Shown here one piece after another: positions 14,611 to 22,658 of a DNA stretch of 35,190 bases. Position 1 is the first letter of the stretch. Each line of letters opens with the position of its first letter. A model generated the notes under the pieces. It searched no databases. It saw nothing but the letters and a program-made list of their open reading frames with translations, and was not told where the DNA came from. Made by a program: the position numbers and the translations under genes. The stretch spans positions 1 through 35,190 of the forward strand of contig JBBSNO010000002.1 in NCBI GenBank assembly GCA_038232615.1, read 5' to 3'. This stretch comes from Actinomycetales bacterium. GTDB taxonomy: Bacteria; Actinomycetota; Actinomycetes; Actinomycetales; DASROP01.

Positions 14611-15524
14611 CGGATCTCGGCTGGCAGCACCAGGTCCTCCGCCGCGAGCGCCCCGCGCAGTTGCGCCGCCGTCCGCGCCCCGACGATCACGCCGGTGATT
14701 CCGGCGGCGTCCCGGGCCCAGGCCAGGGCCACCTCGACGGGCGCGCAACCCAACCCGTCCGCGGCGGTGGCGACCGATTCCACGACCCGGCGCGAGCCGT
14801 CGTGCAGGTAGGTCTCGACGAAGTCGACGAAGTGCGGGGAGGCGGCGCGCGAGTCGGCCGGCGTCCCGCCCCGGTACTTGCCCGTCAGCACGCCCCGCCC
14901 GAGCGGTGACCACCCCAGGACCCCGACGCCGACCTCGCCGGCCGCGGGCACGACCTCGCGCTCGGCCCCACGGGCCAGCAGCGAGTACTCCACCTGGTCC
15001 GCCACCAGGGGGACGCCGCCACTCTGGGCGAGCGTCGCCGCTCGGGCCAGCTGCCAGCCGCGGTGGTTGGCGACCCCGACGTACCGCGCGCGCCCCGACT
15101 CCACGGCCCGCGCGAGTGCCGACAGCGTCTCCTCCAGCGGGACGCGGCCGTCCCACGCCTGGGCGAGCCAGAGGTCGACGTGGTCGGTGCGCAGCCGCGC
15201 CAGCGACGTGTCCAGGGCGGCCAGCAGCGCCCGCCGCGAGCCGTCGACGTCGCGGGTGCCTCCCGGTGAGCCGCTCACGCCGGCCGCCGAGCACAGCACG
15301 ACCTCGGTGCGCTGGACCACGTCGCCCAGCAACGAGCCGAGCAGCTCCTCGCTGGCACCGTCCCCGTAGCCGGCTGCCGTGTCCAGCAGGGTCCCCCCGG
15401 CGTCGGAGAAGGCCCGGAGCTGGTCCGCTGCCTCGTGCTCGTCCGTGTCACGCCCCCATGTGAGCGTCCCCAGCCCGACACGGGACACGCGGAGCCCCGA
15501 CCGACCCAGGTAGCGCTGCTCCAT
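14562..15524 (-). CDS. aldo/keto reductase
   Basis: MEQRYLGRSGLRVSRVGLGTLTWG...LDTAAGYGDGASEELLG...VDLWLAQAWD is the typical AKR N-terminal signature and catalytic region. Confidence 0.92.
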   Translation of the reverse strand: MEQRYLGRSGLRVSRVGLGTLTWGRDTDEHEAADQLRAFSDAGGTLLDTAAGYGDGASEELLGSLLGDVVQRTEVVLCSAAGVSGSPGGTRDVDGSRRALLAALDTSLARLRTDHVDLWLAQAWDGRVPLEETLSALARAVESGRARYVGVANHRGWQLARAATLAQSGGVPLVADQVEYSLLARGAEREVVPAAGEVGVGVLGWSPLGRGVLTGKYRGGTPADSRAASPHFVDFVETYLHDGSRRVVESVATAADGLGCAPVEVALAWARDAAGITGVIVGARTAAQLRGALAAEDLVLPAEIRQALDDVSDDRRGSNS

Positions 15525-15532
15525 GGTGGGTG

Positions 15533-15538
15533 AGGCTA
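15533..15538 (-). promoter_or_regulatory. putative -10 box TAGCCT for the leaderless aldo/keto reductase gene
   Basis: Minus strand reads TAGCCT-N8-ATG(15524). Confidence 0.4.
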
Positions 15539-15543
15539 CGCAC

Positions 15544-15549
15544 TAGGGT
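15544..15549 (+). promoter_or_regulatory. putative -10 box TAGGGT for the leaderless LLM oxidoreductase gene
   Basis: TAGGGT-N8-ATG(15558). Confidence 0.4.
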
Positions 15550-15557
15550 CGGGAACC

Positions 15558-16622
15558 ATGCGGCTCGGACTGAACCTCGGCTACTGGGGTGCCGGTAACG
15601 ACGCCGACAACCTCGCTCTCGCGCAGGAGGCCGACCGGATCGGCTACTCGGTCTGCTGGGCCGCGGAGGCGTACGGCTCCGACGCCCCGACGGTGCTGTC
15701 GTGGGTGGCTGCGCAGACGGAACGCATCGACGTCGGCGCAGCGGTCATGCAGATCCCGGCGCGCAGCGCGGCGATGACGGCGATGACCGCGGCGACGCTC
15801 GACACCCTCTCCGGTGGCCGTTTCCGGCTCGGCCTGGGCGTGTCGGGTCCGCAGGTCTCCGAGGGGTGGCACGGCGTCCGCTTCGACAGGCCGCTGGCGC
15901 GCACGCGTGAGTACGTCGAGGTCGTGCGGATGGCACTGGCCCGCGAGACGGTGCGTCTGGACGGCGACCACATCACGCTGCCGCTGCCCGGCGGGCCGGG
16001 CAAGGCCCTGAGGCTGACGGTGCACCCGGTGCGGGAGCACCTTCCGCTGTACCTGGCCGCGGTCGGCCCCAAGAACCTCGAGCTGGCGGGTGAGATCGCG
16101 GATGGCTGGCTGGCGATCTTCTTCAGCCCCGAGCACTCCACGGCCTCGCTCGACTCCGTCCGTGCCGGCCGGGCGAGGGCACCAGGCGTCGACGCCGCGG
16201 ACCCGCTGGCGGGCTTCGACGTCGTCCCGACCGTGCCCGTGGTGGTGGACTACGACCTCGAGCGCGCGGCGCTGCCGATCCGTGCCTACTCGGCGCTGTA
16301 CGTGGGTGGAATGGGCAGCCGGGAGCAGAACTTCTACAACCAGCTCGCGTGCCGGATGGGTTTCGAGGCCGAAGCGAAGCAGGTCCAGGACCTGTTCCTG
16401 GCGCGCCAGCACCGCGAGGCTGCACAGGCCGTGCCGCGCCAGTTCATCGACGCCACCTCGCTGATCGGGCCTCGCGAGCGCATCCGAGACCGGCTCCAGG
16501 CGTTCGCCGGGGCCGGGGTCACGACCCTGTCCGTCTCCAGCTTCGCCGGTGACCTCGAGGCCCGGACGGCGACCCTGCGCACCGTCGCCGAGGCCGTCGA
16601 CGCGGCCGGGCTGGCGGAGTGA
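15558..16622 (+). CDS. LLM class F420-dependent oxidoreductase
   Basis: MRLGLNLGYWG...AQEADRIGYSVCWAAEAYGSDA...LSGGRFRLGLGVSGPQVSEGWHG is typical of luciferase-like monooxygenase-family F420 enzymes of actinobacteria. Confidence 0.9.
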   Translation: MRLGLNLGYWGAGNDADNLALAQEADRIGYSVCWAAEAYGSDAPTVLSWVAAQTERIDVGAAVMQIPARSAAMTAMTAATLDTLSGGRFRLGLGVSGPQVSEGWHGVRFDRPLARTREYVEVVRMALARETVRLDGDHITLPLPGGPGKALRLTVHPVREHLPLYLAAVGPKNLELAGEIADGWLAIFFSPEHSTASLDSVRAGRARAPGVDAADPLAGFDVVPTVPVVVDYDLERAALPIRAYSALYVGGMGSREQNFYNQLACRMGFEAEAKQVQDLFLARQHREAAQAVPRQFIDATSLIGPRERIRDRLQAFAGAGVTTLSVSSFAGDLEARTATLRTVAEAVDAAGLAE

Positions 16623-16650
16623 GCGGGCCGCCGCCGCCGGAGGGCCTGTC

Positions 16651-17487
16651 GTGAGCTGGTTCGAGGCGCTGGTCCTCGGGCTGGTGCAGGGGCTGACCGA
16701 GTTCGTCCCGATCTCCTCCAGCGCGCACCTGTCGATAATCGGCCAGGCGTTCGGCGGCGACGACCCCGGCGCGGCGTTCACCGCCATCACCCAGCTCGGC
16801 ACCGAGACCGCGGTGCTGATCTACTTCCGCCGCGACATCGCGCGCATCGTGCGGGCCTGGGTGCTGGCGCTGGCCGGGAAGGTGCCCCACGGCGACCCCG
16901 ACGTCCGGATGGGCTGGCTGGTGATCGTCGGCTCGCTGCCCATCGGCGTCCTCGGCTTCGCCTTCGCCGACGTCATCGAGGGGCCCGTCGTCCGCAACCT
17001 GTGGCTGACCGTCACGATGCTCGTGGTCTTCTCGGTGGTGATCGGCGTCGCCGACGCCAGGGCCCGCAACGAGCGGACGCTCGACGGGCTCACATGGCGG
17101 CACGGCATCGGCTACGGGCTCGCCCAGGCGCTGGCGCTGGTGCCCGGCGTCTCGCGCTCGGGAGGCACGATCGCCGCCGGCCTGCTGATGGGCTACACCC
17201 GCGAGGCCGCGGCGCGGTACTCCTTCCTGCTGGCGGTCCCCGCCGTCCTGGGGTCGGGCGTCTACCAGCTGGCCAGGATCAGCGACGACCCCGTGGAGCC
17301 TGCGTGGGGGCCGATCGCCCTGGCCACGGTGCTGGCCTTCGCCGTCGGCTACCTGGTCATCGCGTGGTTGCTTCGGTACGTCGCGACGCACACCTTCCGG
17401 CCGTTCGTGATCTACCGGCTGGCGCTGGCGCTGGTGGTCGCGGTGCTGCTCGTGACCGGCGTGCTGGAGCCCGTCCCGCCCTCCTGA
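16651..17487 (+). CDS. uppP: undecaprenyl-diphosphate phosphatase
   Basis: (M)SWFEALVLGLVQGLTEFVPISSSAHL and PGVSRSGGTI are the two conserved UppP/BacA motifs. An SD sequence GGAGG lies 7 nt before GTG 16651. Confidence 0.93.
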   Translation: MSWFEALVLGLVQGLTEFVPISSSAHLSIIGQAFGGDDPGAAFTAITQLGTETAVLIYFRRDIARIVRAWVLALAGKVPHGDPDVRMGWLVIVGSLPIGVLGFAFADVIEGPVVRNLWLTVTMLVVFSVVIGVADARARNERTLDGLTWRHGIGYGLAQALALVPGVSRSGGTIAAGLLMGYTREAAARYSFLLAVPAVLGSGVYQLARISDDPVEPAWGPIALATVLAFAVGYLVIAWLLRYVATHTFRPFVIYRLALALVVAVLLVTGVLEPVPPS

Positions 17488-17490
17488 GCG

Positions 17491-18462
17491 CTACAGCCAA
17501 CCCGACCGCTTGAAGGCGCGGAACAGGACGCCGCACGCCACGGCGAGCAAACCCAGGACGGCGAAGTAGCCGTACCGCCAGCCCAGCTCGGGCATGTAGT
17601 CGAAGTTCATCCCGTACACGCCCGCGACCATCGTGGGAACGGCCGCGATCGCGACCCAGGCGGAGATCCGCCTCATGTCGTTGTTCTGCTGCACCGAGAC
17701 CTGGGCGAGGTGGGCGGATAGGACGTCGGTCAGCAGGCGGTCGTAACTGGCCACGTGCTCCTCGACCCGCAGGACGTGGTCGTGCACGTCGCGGAAGAAG
17801 GGCTTGGCGGCGCCGTCCACGAAGCGTATGTCCTCCTCCCAGAGCCGGCGGGCGGGCTCGACCAGCGGCCCGGCGGCGCGCCGGAACTCCAGCACCTCCC
17901 GCTTGAGGGCGTATATCCGGGCCGCGTCGGTGTGCCGGTCGCCGGCGAAGACGTCGATCTCGATGTCGTCGAGGTCGCGCTCGAGCTCGACGTCGATGTC
18001 GGTGTAGGTGTCGACGACGGAGTCCATCACCGCGTGCAGGACGACGGCGGGTCCGTGCGCGAGCATCTCCGGCTGCTCTTCCAGCAGCCGCCGGACGTCG
18101 CGCAGCGGGCTGAGCTCTCCCTGGCGCACGGTCACGACGAACCTGTCGCCGAGGAAGAGCATGATCTCGCCGGTCTCGACGTCGGAGCTCGCCTCGATGT
18201 ACCGCAGCGTCTTCAGGACGACGAACAGCGAGTCGCGGTACTGCTCCAGCTTCGGGCGCTGGTGCCCGTTGACCGCGTCCTCGACGGCGAGCGGGTGCAG
18301 GCCCAGCTCGGCCGCGACCTGCTCGAACTCCGCGGCGGTCGGGTCCTTCAGGCCGATCCAGATGAAGCCCTCACCGGCCGCACGCCGAGCGGCGAGCTCG
18401 TCGGAGTAGTCGCCGCACGCCAGGCGGCGGCCGTGGGTGTAGGTGGCGACGTCGACGATCAC
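17491..18462 (-). CDS. corA: magnesium/cobalt transporter CorA
   Basis: The YGMNF (GMN) motif precedes the last TM segment. The N-terminus (M)IVDVATYTHGRR is typical of actinobacterial CorA. The ORF-track version to 19122 is an antisense read-through of the phosphatase gene. Confidence 0.9.
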   Translation of the reverse strand: MIVDVATYTHGRRLACGDYSDELAARRAAGEGFIWIGLKDPTAAEFEQVAAELGLHPLAVEDAVNGHQRPKLEQYRDSLFVVLKTLRYIEASSDVETGEIMLFLGDRFVVTVRQGELSPLRDVRRLLEEQPEMLAHGPAVVLHAVMDSVVDTYTDIDVELERDLDDIEIDVFAGDRHTDAARIYALKREVLEFRRAAGPLVEPARRLWEEDIRFVDGAAKPFFRDVHDHVLRVEEHVASYDRLLTDVLSAHLAQVSVQQNNDMRRISAWVAIAAVPTMVAGVYGMNFDYMPELGWRYGYFAVLGLLAVACGVLFRAFKRSGWL

Positions 18463-18468
18463 GGCGTC

Positions 18469-18474
18469 ATCATG
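18469..18474 (-). promoter_or_regulatory. putative -10 box CATGAT for leaderless corA
   Basis: Minus strand reads CATGAT-N6-GTG(18462). Confidence 0.3.
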
Positions 18475-18498
18475 CTCGCCGTCCGCCGCGGCCGCGCG

Positions 18499-18578
18499 CA
18501 GGGCTCCCACCGCGTAGGGCTCCCACCGCGCAGGGCTCCCACCGCGCAGGGCGACCGCGGCGCAGGGCGACCGCGGCG
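18499..18578. repeat. five contiguous 16-bp tandem repeats (3 x [C/T]AGGGCTCCCACCGCG, 2 x CAGGGCGACCGCGGCG)
   Basis: Unit starts at 18499, 18515, 18531, 18547 and 18563. The array lies in the 135-bp gap between divergent corA and the histidine phosphatase gene. 16 is not a multiple of 3. Confidence 0.9.
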
Positions 18579-18584
18579 GTCGCC

Positions 18585-18590
18585 TACGCT
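18585..18590 (+). promoter_or_regulatory. putative -10 box TACGCT for the leaderless histidine phosphatase gene
   Basis: TACGCT-N7-GTG(18598). Confidence 0.4.
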
Positions 18591-18597
18591 GCGTCCC

Positions 18598-19323
18598 GTG
18601 CCCACCCTGCTGCTCGTGCGCCACGGACGGACGGCGGCGAACGCCGGCGGGGTGCTCGCCGGGCGCACACCTGGCGTCGACCTCGACGACACCGGCCGGG
18701 CGCAGGCCGCGGCGCTGGCGACCCGGATGTCCGTGCTGCCGTTGGTGTCGCTGGTGACCAGCCCCCTCGAGCGCTGCCGGCAGACAGCTGCGGCGGTCGC
18801 CGCCGTCGGCGGCACGACGTCCGTTCCCCGCCCGGAACCGCTGGCGGACCCGAGGCTGTCGGAGTGCGACTACGGGGACTGGACCGGCAAGACGTTGAAG
18901 GTGCTGGCCAAGGAGCCGATGTGGTCCGTCGTCCAGGCGCACCCGAGCGCGGCTTCCTTCCCGGGCGGCGAGACGCTCCGGGGCGTCCAGTCCCGCGCCG
19001 TCGACGCCGTCCGGGAGCACGACGCCCGCATGCAGGCCGAGCACGGCGACATGGCCGTGTGGGCGTTGTTCTCCCACGGCGACGTCATCAAGTCCCTGCT
19101 CGCCGACGCACTCGGCATGCACCTCGACGCCTTCCAGCGGATCGCGGTCGACCCGTGCTCGGTGTCGGTGGTGACCTACACCCCGCTGCGGCCGTTCGTG
19201 CTGCGCAGCAACGACTCCGGCGGTGACCTCACGCCGTTCGTCCCGCCGGCCCGGAAGAAGGCGTCCCGCCGCAGGCGCAGTTCCGACGCTCCCGTTGGCG
19301 GTGGCGCGGGGGTCGCGCCCTGA
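18598..19323 (+). CDS. histidine phosphatase family protein (MSMEG_4193/Rv2135c-type putative phosphomutase)
   Basis: (M)PTLLLVRHGRTAANAGGVLAGR (RHG motif), SPLERCRQTA and SHGDVIK (second catalytic His) are present. Confidence 0.88.
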   Translation: MPTLLLVRHGRTAANAGGVLAGRTPGVDLDDTGRAQAAALATRMSVLPLVSLVTSPLERCRQTAAAVAAVGGTTSVPRPEPLADPRLSECDYGDWTGKTLKVLAKEPMWSVVQAHPSAASFPGGETLRGVQSRAVDAVREHDARMQAEHGDMAVWALFSHGDVIKSLLADALGMHLDAFQRIAVDPCSVSVVTYTPLRPFVLRSNDSGGDLTPFVPPARKKASRRRRSSDAPVGGGAGVAP

Positions 19324-19367
19324 CGTCGTCGGGCGGAGTCGGGCGGGCCTAGCTGCCGACCCGTGGG

Positions 19368-19373
19368 TAGGGT
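19368..19373 (+). promoter_or_regulatory. putative -10 box TAGGGT for the leaderless DUF3090 gene
   Basis: TAGGGT-N7-ATG(19381). Confidence 0.4.
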
Positions 19374-19380
19374 TCGGCGC

Positions 19381-19980
19381 ATGTCACGGCAGGTGTTCGA
19401 CTACGACCCGCCGGACCGTTTCGTCGCGGGGACGGTCGGTCCCGCCGGCCAGCGCACGGTCTTCCTCCAGGCCCGGGGTGCCCCGACCGGGACGGTCGCC
19501 GCGGCCGCCCCCCTCGTCGTCAGCGTGTCGCTGGAGAAGCAGCAGGTCGCGGCGCTGGCCGAACGGGTCGAGGAGCTGCTCGACGAGGTGGTCCGACGCA
19601 GCGGCGGCGCCGCGCCCGTGCCTGCCGTGGCCCCTGCCGATATCGAGGACCTCGCCCCGATGGACACACCCATCGAGGAGGAGTTCAAGGTCGGCACGAT
19701 GAGCCTGGTCTGGGACGGCGAACGCGAGCTGGTCGTCATCGAGTGCTTCGAGGTCGGGGAGGAGTCCGAGGCGTCCGAGCTCGAGGGCATCGACCCCGCC
19801 GAGGACGACACCGACATCCGGACGCTGCTCCGGGTCTCGCTGACCGGGGCCCGTGCCCGGGCCTTCGCCAAGCGTGCTCTCGCGCTGGTGGCCGCCGGCC
19901 GACCTCCCTGCCCCTTCTGCGCGAACCCGCTCGACCCCGAGGGGCACATCTGCCCGCGGGCCAACGGTTACCGCCGCTGA
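19381..19980 (+). CDS. DUF3090 domain-containing protein (Rv2134c-type)
   Basis: MSRQVFDYDPPDRFVAGTVGPAGQRTVFLQA... and C-terminal GRPPCPFCANPLDPEGHICPRANGYRR are the family hallmarks as I recall them. Confidence 0.88.
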   Translation: MSRQVFDYDPPDRFVAGTVGPAGQRTVFLQARGAPTGTVAAAAPLVVSVSLEKQQVAALAERVEELLDEVVRRSGGAAPVPAVAPADIEDLAPMDTPIEEEFKVGTMSLVWDGERELVVIECFEVGEESEASELEGIDPAEDDTDIRTLLRVSLTGARARAFAKRALALVAAGRPPCPFCANPLDPEGHICPRANGYRR

Positions 19981-19990
19981 CCGGGGTTCC

Positions 19991-20824
19991 GTGACCGACC
20001 TCGCGCCGGAGCTCGACCCGGCCTTCGCGCTGGACCTGCTCACCCGGGGGGACGTCGAGGTCGCCGGGGCGATCGTCGATGCTTCTAACGCCACTCTCTT
20101 CGCCGAGGTGACGCTGGACGGCGTCACGTCGGCGTGCGTCTACAAGCCGGTCGCGGGGGAGCGACCGCTCTGGGACTTCCCGGGTGCGACCCTGGGCCGG
20201 CGCGAGGTGGCGGCGTACGCGCTGTCGGAGGCCGGCGGCTGGGACGTCGTCCCGCCCACGGTGTTCCGCGAGGGTCCCTTCGGCCCGGGCAGCCTGCAGC
20301 TGTGGATCCACCCGGACCCCGACGACGAATCGGCGGCGGAACCGGGTGCCGGGCTGGTCGACGTCGTCCCGGCCGGGCGGGTGCCGCCGGGATGGCTGCG
20401 GGTGCTCGACGCCTACGGGGGCGACGGGCAGCCCGTATCGCTCGTCCACCGCGACGACGACGCCCTGGCATCGATGGCCGTCTTCGACGTCGTCGCCAAC
20501 AACGCCGACCGCAAGGGCGGCCACGTGCTGCGCGGCGCGGGAGGTTCGACGTACGGCATCGACCACGGGTTGGTGCTGCACGACGAGCCCAAGCTGCGGA
20601 CGGTGCTCTGGGGCTGGGCGGGCCGGGCGGTGCCGCCGTGTGCGGTGGACCGGCTGCAGCAGTGCACGACAGCGCTGGACGGCGAGTCGGGACGCCGGAT
20701 CGGCGAGCTGGTCTCGGCCGCGGAGCTGGCCGCGCTGAGGGCCCGCGTCGGACGCCTGATGCGGACCGGACGCTTCCCCAAGCCGCACCCGGAGAGTCCC
20801 GCCATCCCGTGGCCACCGTTCTGA
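19991..20824 (+). CDS. SCO1664 family protein (PI3/PI4-kinase-like, Rv2133c-type)
   Basis: SNATLFAEV...[46 protein letters not shown] and IDHGL (kinase catalytic and DxG-like loops) are present. GTG 19991 lies 10 nt after the DUF3090 stop. Confidence 0.85.
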   Translation: MTDLAPELDPAFALDLLTRGDVEVAGAIVDASNATLFAEVTLDGVTSACVYKPVAGERPLWDFPGATLGRREVAAYALSEAGGWDVVPPTVFREGPFGPGSLQLWIHPDPDDESAAEPGAGLVDVVPAGRVPPGWLRVLDAYGGDGQPVSLVHRDDDALASMAVFDVVANNADRKGGHVLRGAGGSTYGIDHGLVLHDEPKLRTVLWGWAGRAVPPCAVDRLQQCTTALDGESGRRIGELVSAAELAALRARVGRLMRTGRFPKPHPESPAIPWPPF

Positions 20825-20826
20825 CC

Positions 20827-21243
20827 TCACCCCATCCCGTGGTCGACGACCAGCCACCGCTCGTCCGGGCCGTCACGGGCGAGCAGGTAGCCCCAGGCCG
20901 TGCGGCCGTCCAGCGAGATGTCGCCCCCCGACACCATCAGGTCCACCGGCACGTAGACCGCGTGCCCGTAGCCCTCGGCTTCGCTGCCGGCCGTCGAGCG
21001 GGGCCCCGAGCCACCGACGTCCAGGGCGCGCAGGTCCATGCCGAACCAGGTGTCCCTCACCAGGTCGGCGTGCTCCGCGGACGCCATCGCCTCCACGGCG
21101 GCGACGTCGCGGTCGTCGACGGCCGCCACGAAAGCCTGCACGACCTGTTCGGCGCTCGCGCTCGCGTCGGGCAGCTCACGCTCGGGAAGGCTCGCGCAGC
21201 CAGCGACGAGCGCGAGGACGAGCACGGGTCCCCCTCTGCCCAT
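20827..21243 (-). CDS. lipoprotein, NTF2/SnoaL-like fold suspected
   Basis: Lipobox LVAGC follows [11 protein letters not shown]. An SD sequence GGGAGG lies 7 nt upstream of ATG 21243. [23 protein letters not shown] is typical of NTF2-like proteins. Confidence 0.7.
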   Translation of the reverse strand: MGRGGPVLVLALVAGCASLPERELPDASASAEQVVQAFVAAVDDRDVAAVEAMASAEHADLVRDTWFGMDLRALDVGGSGPRSTAGSEAEGYGHAVYVPVDLMVSGGDISLDGRTAWGYLLARDGPDERWLVVDHGMG

Positions 21244-21353
21244 GGTCGCCGCCTCCCGTCGTCCCGCGCACATCCTGCCGGACCGGGGGTCGCGACGCCG
21301 GTAGCCGGAGGCCCGGCGCGCCGGGGCCGACCGATCACGCCGGGACGGACAGA

Positions 21354-21359
21354 TAGGGT
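21354..21359 (+). promoter_or_regulatory. putative -10 box TAGGGT for leaderless mshC
   Basis: TAGGGT-N7-GTG(21367). Confidence 0.4.
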
Positions 21360-21366
21360 CCAGCCC

Positions 21367-22614
21367 GTGATTGCCTGGCCCGCCCCCGAGGTCCCGCGGC
21401 TCCCGGGACGGGGACTGCCGGTCCGCCTGCACGACACCGCCACCGGCGAGCTGCGAGCGACTTCCCCCGGCCCGGTGGCAGGGCTGTACGTCTGCGGCAT
21501 CACCCCCTACGACGCCACGCATATGGGTCACGCGGCGACCTACCTGGCCTTCGACCTGCTCCAGCGCGCCTGGGTGGACGCCGGCCACGAGGTCCGTTAC
21601 GTGCAGAACGTCACCGACGTCGACGACCCGCTGCTGGAGCGGGCGACGGCGACGGGCATCGACTGGCGCGACCTCGCGGCCCGCGAGAGCGCCTTGTACG
21701 GCGAGGACATGGCGGCACTGGCGGTGCTGCCCCCGCAGGTGTACCTCGGCGCCACCGAGACCATCGGCCTCGTCGTCGACGCCGTCACGGCGCTGCTGGA
21801 CGCCGGCGCGGCCTACCGCGTCCGCGGCGACGGCCAGCCGGACGGCGACGTCTACTTCGACGTCACCAGCGACACGCTCTTCGGGGGCGTCGCGAACCTG
21901 GGCGCCGACCGGATGCGGGCGCTGTTCACCGAGCGCGGAGGGGATCCGGACCGCGCCGGCAAGCGGAACCCCCTCGACGCCCTGATGTGGCGGGTGGAGC
22001 GGCCCGGGGAACCGTCGTGGGACGGCGGCGCTCTCGGCGCGGGCCGCCCGGGCTGGCACATCGAGTGCGTCGCCATCGCCCGCGAGCACCTGCCGCGGCC
22101 CTTCGACGTGCAGGGCGGCGGGTCGGACCTCGCCTTCCCGCACCACGAGATGGGGGCGTCCCACGCGCACGTCCTCGAAGGCGCGGCGCCCTACGCCCGC
22201 ACCTACGCCCACGCCGGCATGGTGGGCCTGGACGGCGAGAAGATGAGCAAGTCCAAGGGGAACCTGGTGCTGGTCTCACGGCTGCGCGCCGACGGGGTCG
22301 ACCCGATGGCGATCCGTCTGGCGCTGCTCGCGCACCACTACCGCGACGACTGGTCGTGGACGGCGCAGGGGCTGGCGGACGCGGAGCAGCGCCTGCACCG
22401 GTGGCGCGACGCGGTGTCGCGCAACGGGGGCCCGGACGCGGCGGCCGCCCTGTCCGGCGTCCGCGAGCGGCTGGCCGACGACCTCGACGCACCCGGCGCC
22501 CTCGACGCCGTCGACCGCTGGGCGCACGAGCAGGCCACCAGCGGCGGGGACGTCGAGGGCGCACCGGGCGTCGTCTCCCGGGCCGTCAGCGCCCTGCTCG
22601 GTGTCCGCCTGTAG
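21367..22614 (+). CDS. mshC: cysteine--1-D-myo-inosityl 2-amino-2-deoxy-alpha-D-glucopyranoside ligase (mycothiol ligase)
   Basis: The protein is CysRS-like but short (415 aa). It has [17 protein letters not shown] (HIGH-type), GWHIEC and EKMSKSKGN (KMSKS). The context is as in mycobacteria. Confidence 0.92.
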   Translation: MIAWPAPEVPRLPGRGLPVRLHDTATGELRATSPGPVAGLYVCGITPYDATHMGHAATYLAFDLLQRAWVDAGHEVRYVQNVTDVDDPLLERATATGIDWRDLAARESALYGEDMAALAVLPPQVYLGATETIGLVVDAVTALLDAGAAYRVRGDGQPDGDVYFDVTSDTLFGGVANLGADRMRALFTERGGDPDRAGKRNPLDALMWRVERPGEPSWDGGALGAGRPGWHIECVAIAREHLPRPFDVQGGGSDLAFPHHEMGASHAHVLEGAAPYARTYAHAGMVGLDGEKMSKSKGNLVLVSRLRADGVDPMAIRLALLAHHYRDDWSWTAQGLADAEQRLHRWRDAVSRNGGPDAAAALSGVRERLADDLDAPGALDAVDRWAHEQATSGGDVEGAPGVVSRAVSALLGVRL

Positions 22615-22658
22615 ACCCCTGTCCACTGGTGGGGACCGGGCCGCCCAGGCGCTGCCAT

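Noticed and set aside
18463-18597. Mg2+-sensing M-box leader upstream of corA.
   Set aside because: corA appears leaderless (CATGAT-N6-GTG). The gap is filled by simple 16-bp tandem repeats, not a complex aptamer.
20134-21366. A 411-codon N-terminal extension of the mshC ORF (ORF-track entry 20134-22614, 826 aa).
   Set aside because: The extension is Arg/Gly/Pro-rich junk that overlaps the SCO1664-family and lipoprotein genes. MshC homology starts at GTG 21367, which has a TAGGGT-N7 leaderless signal.
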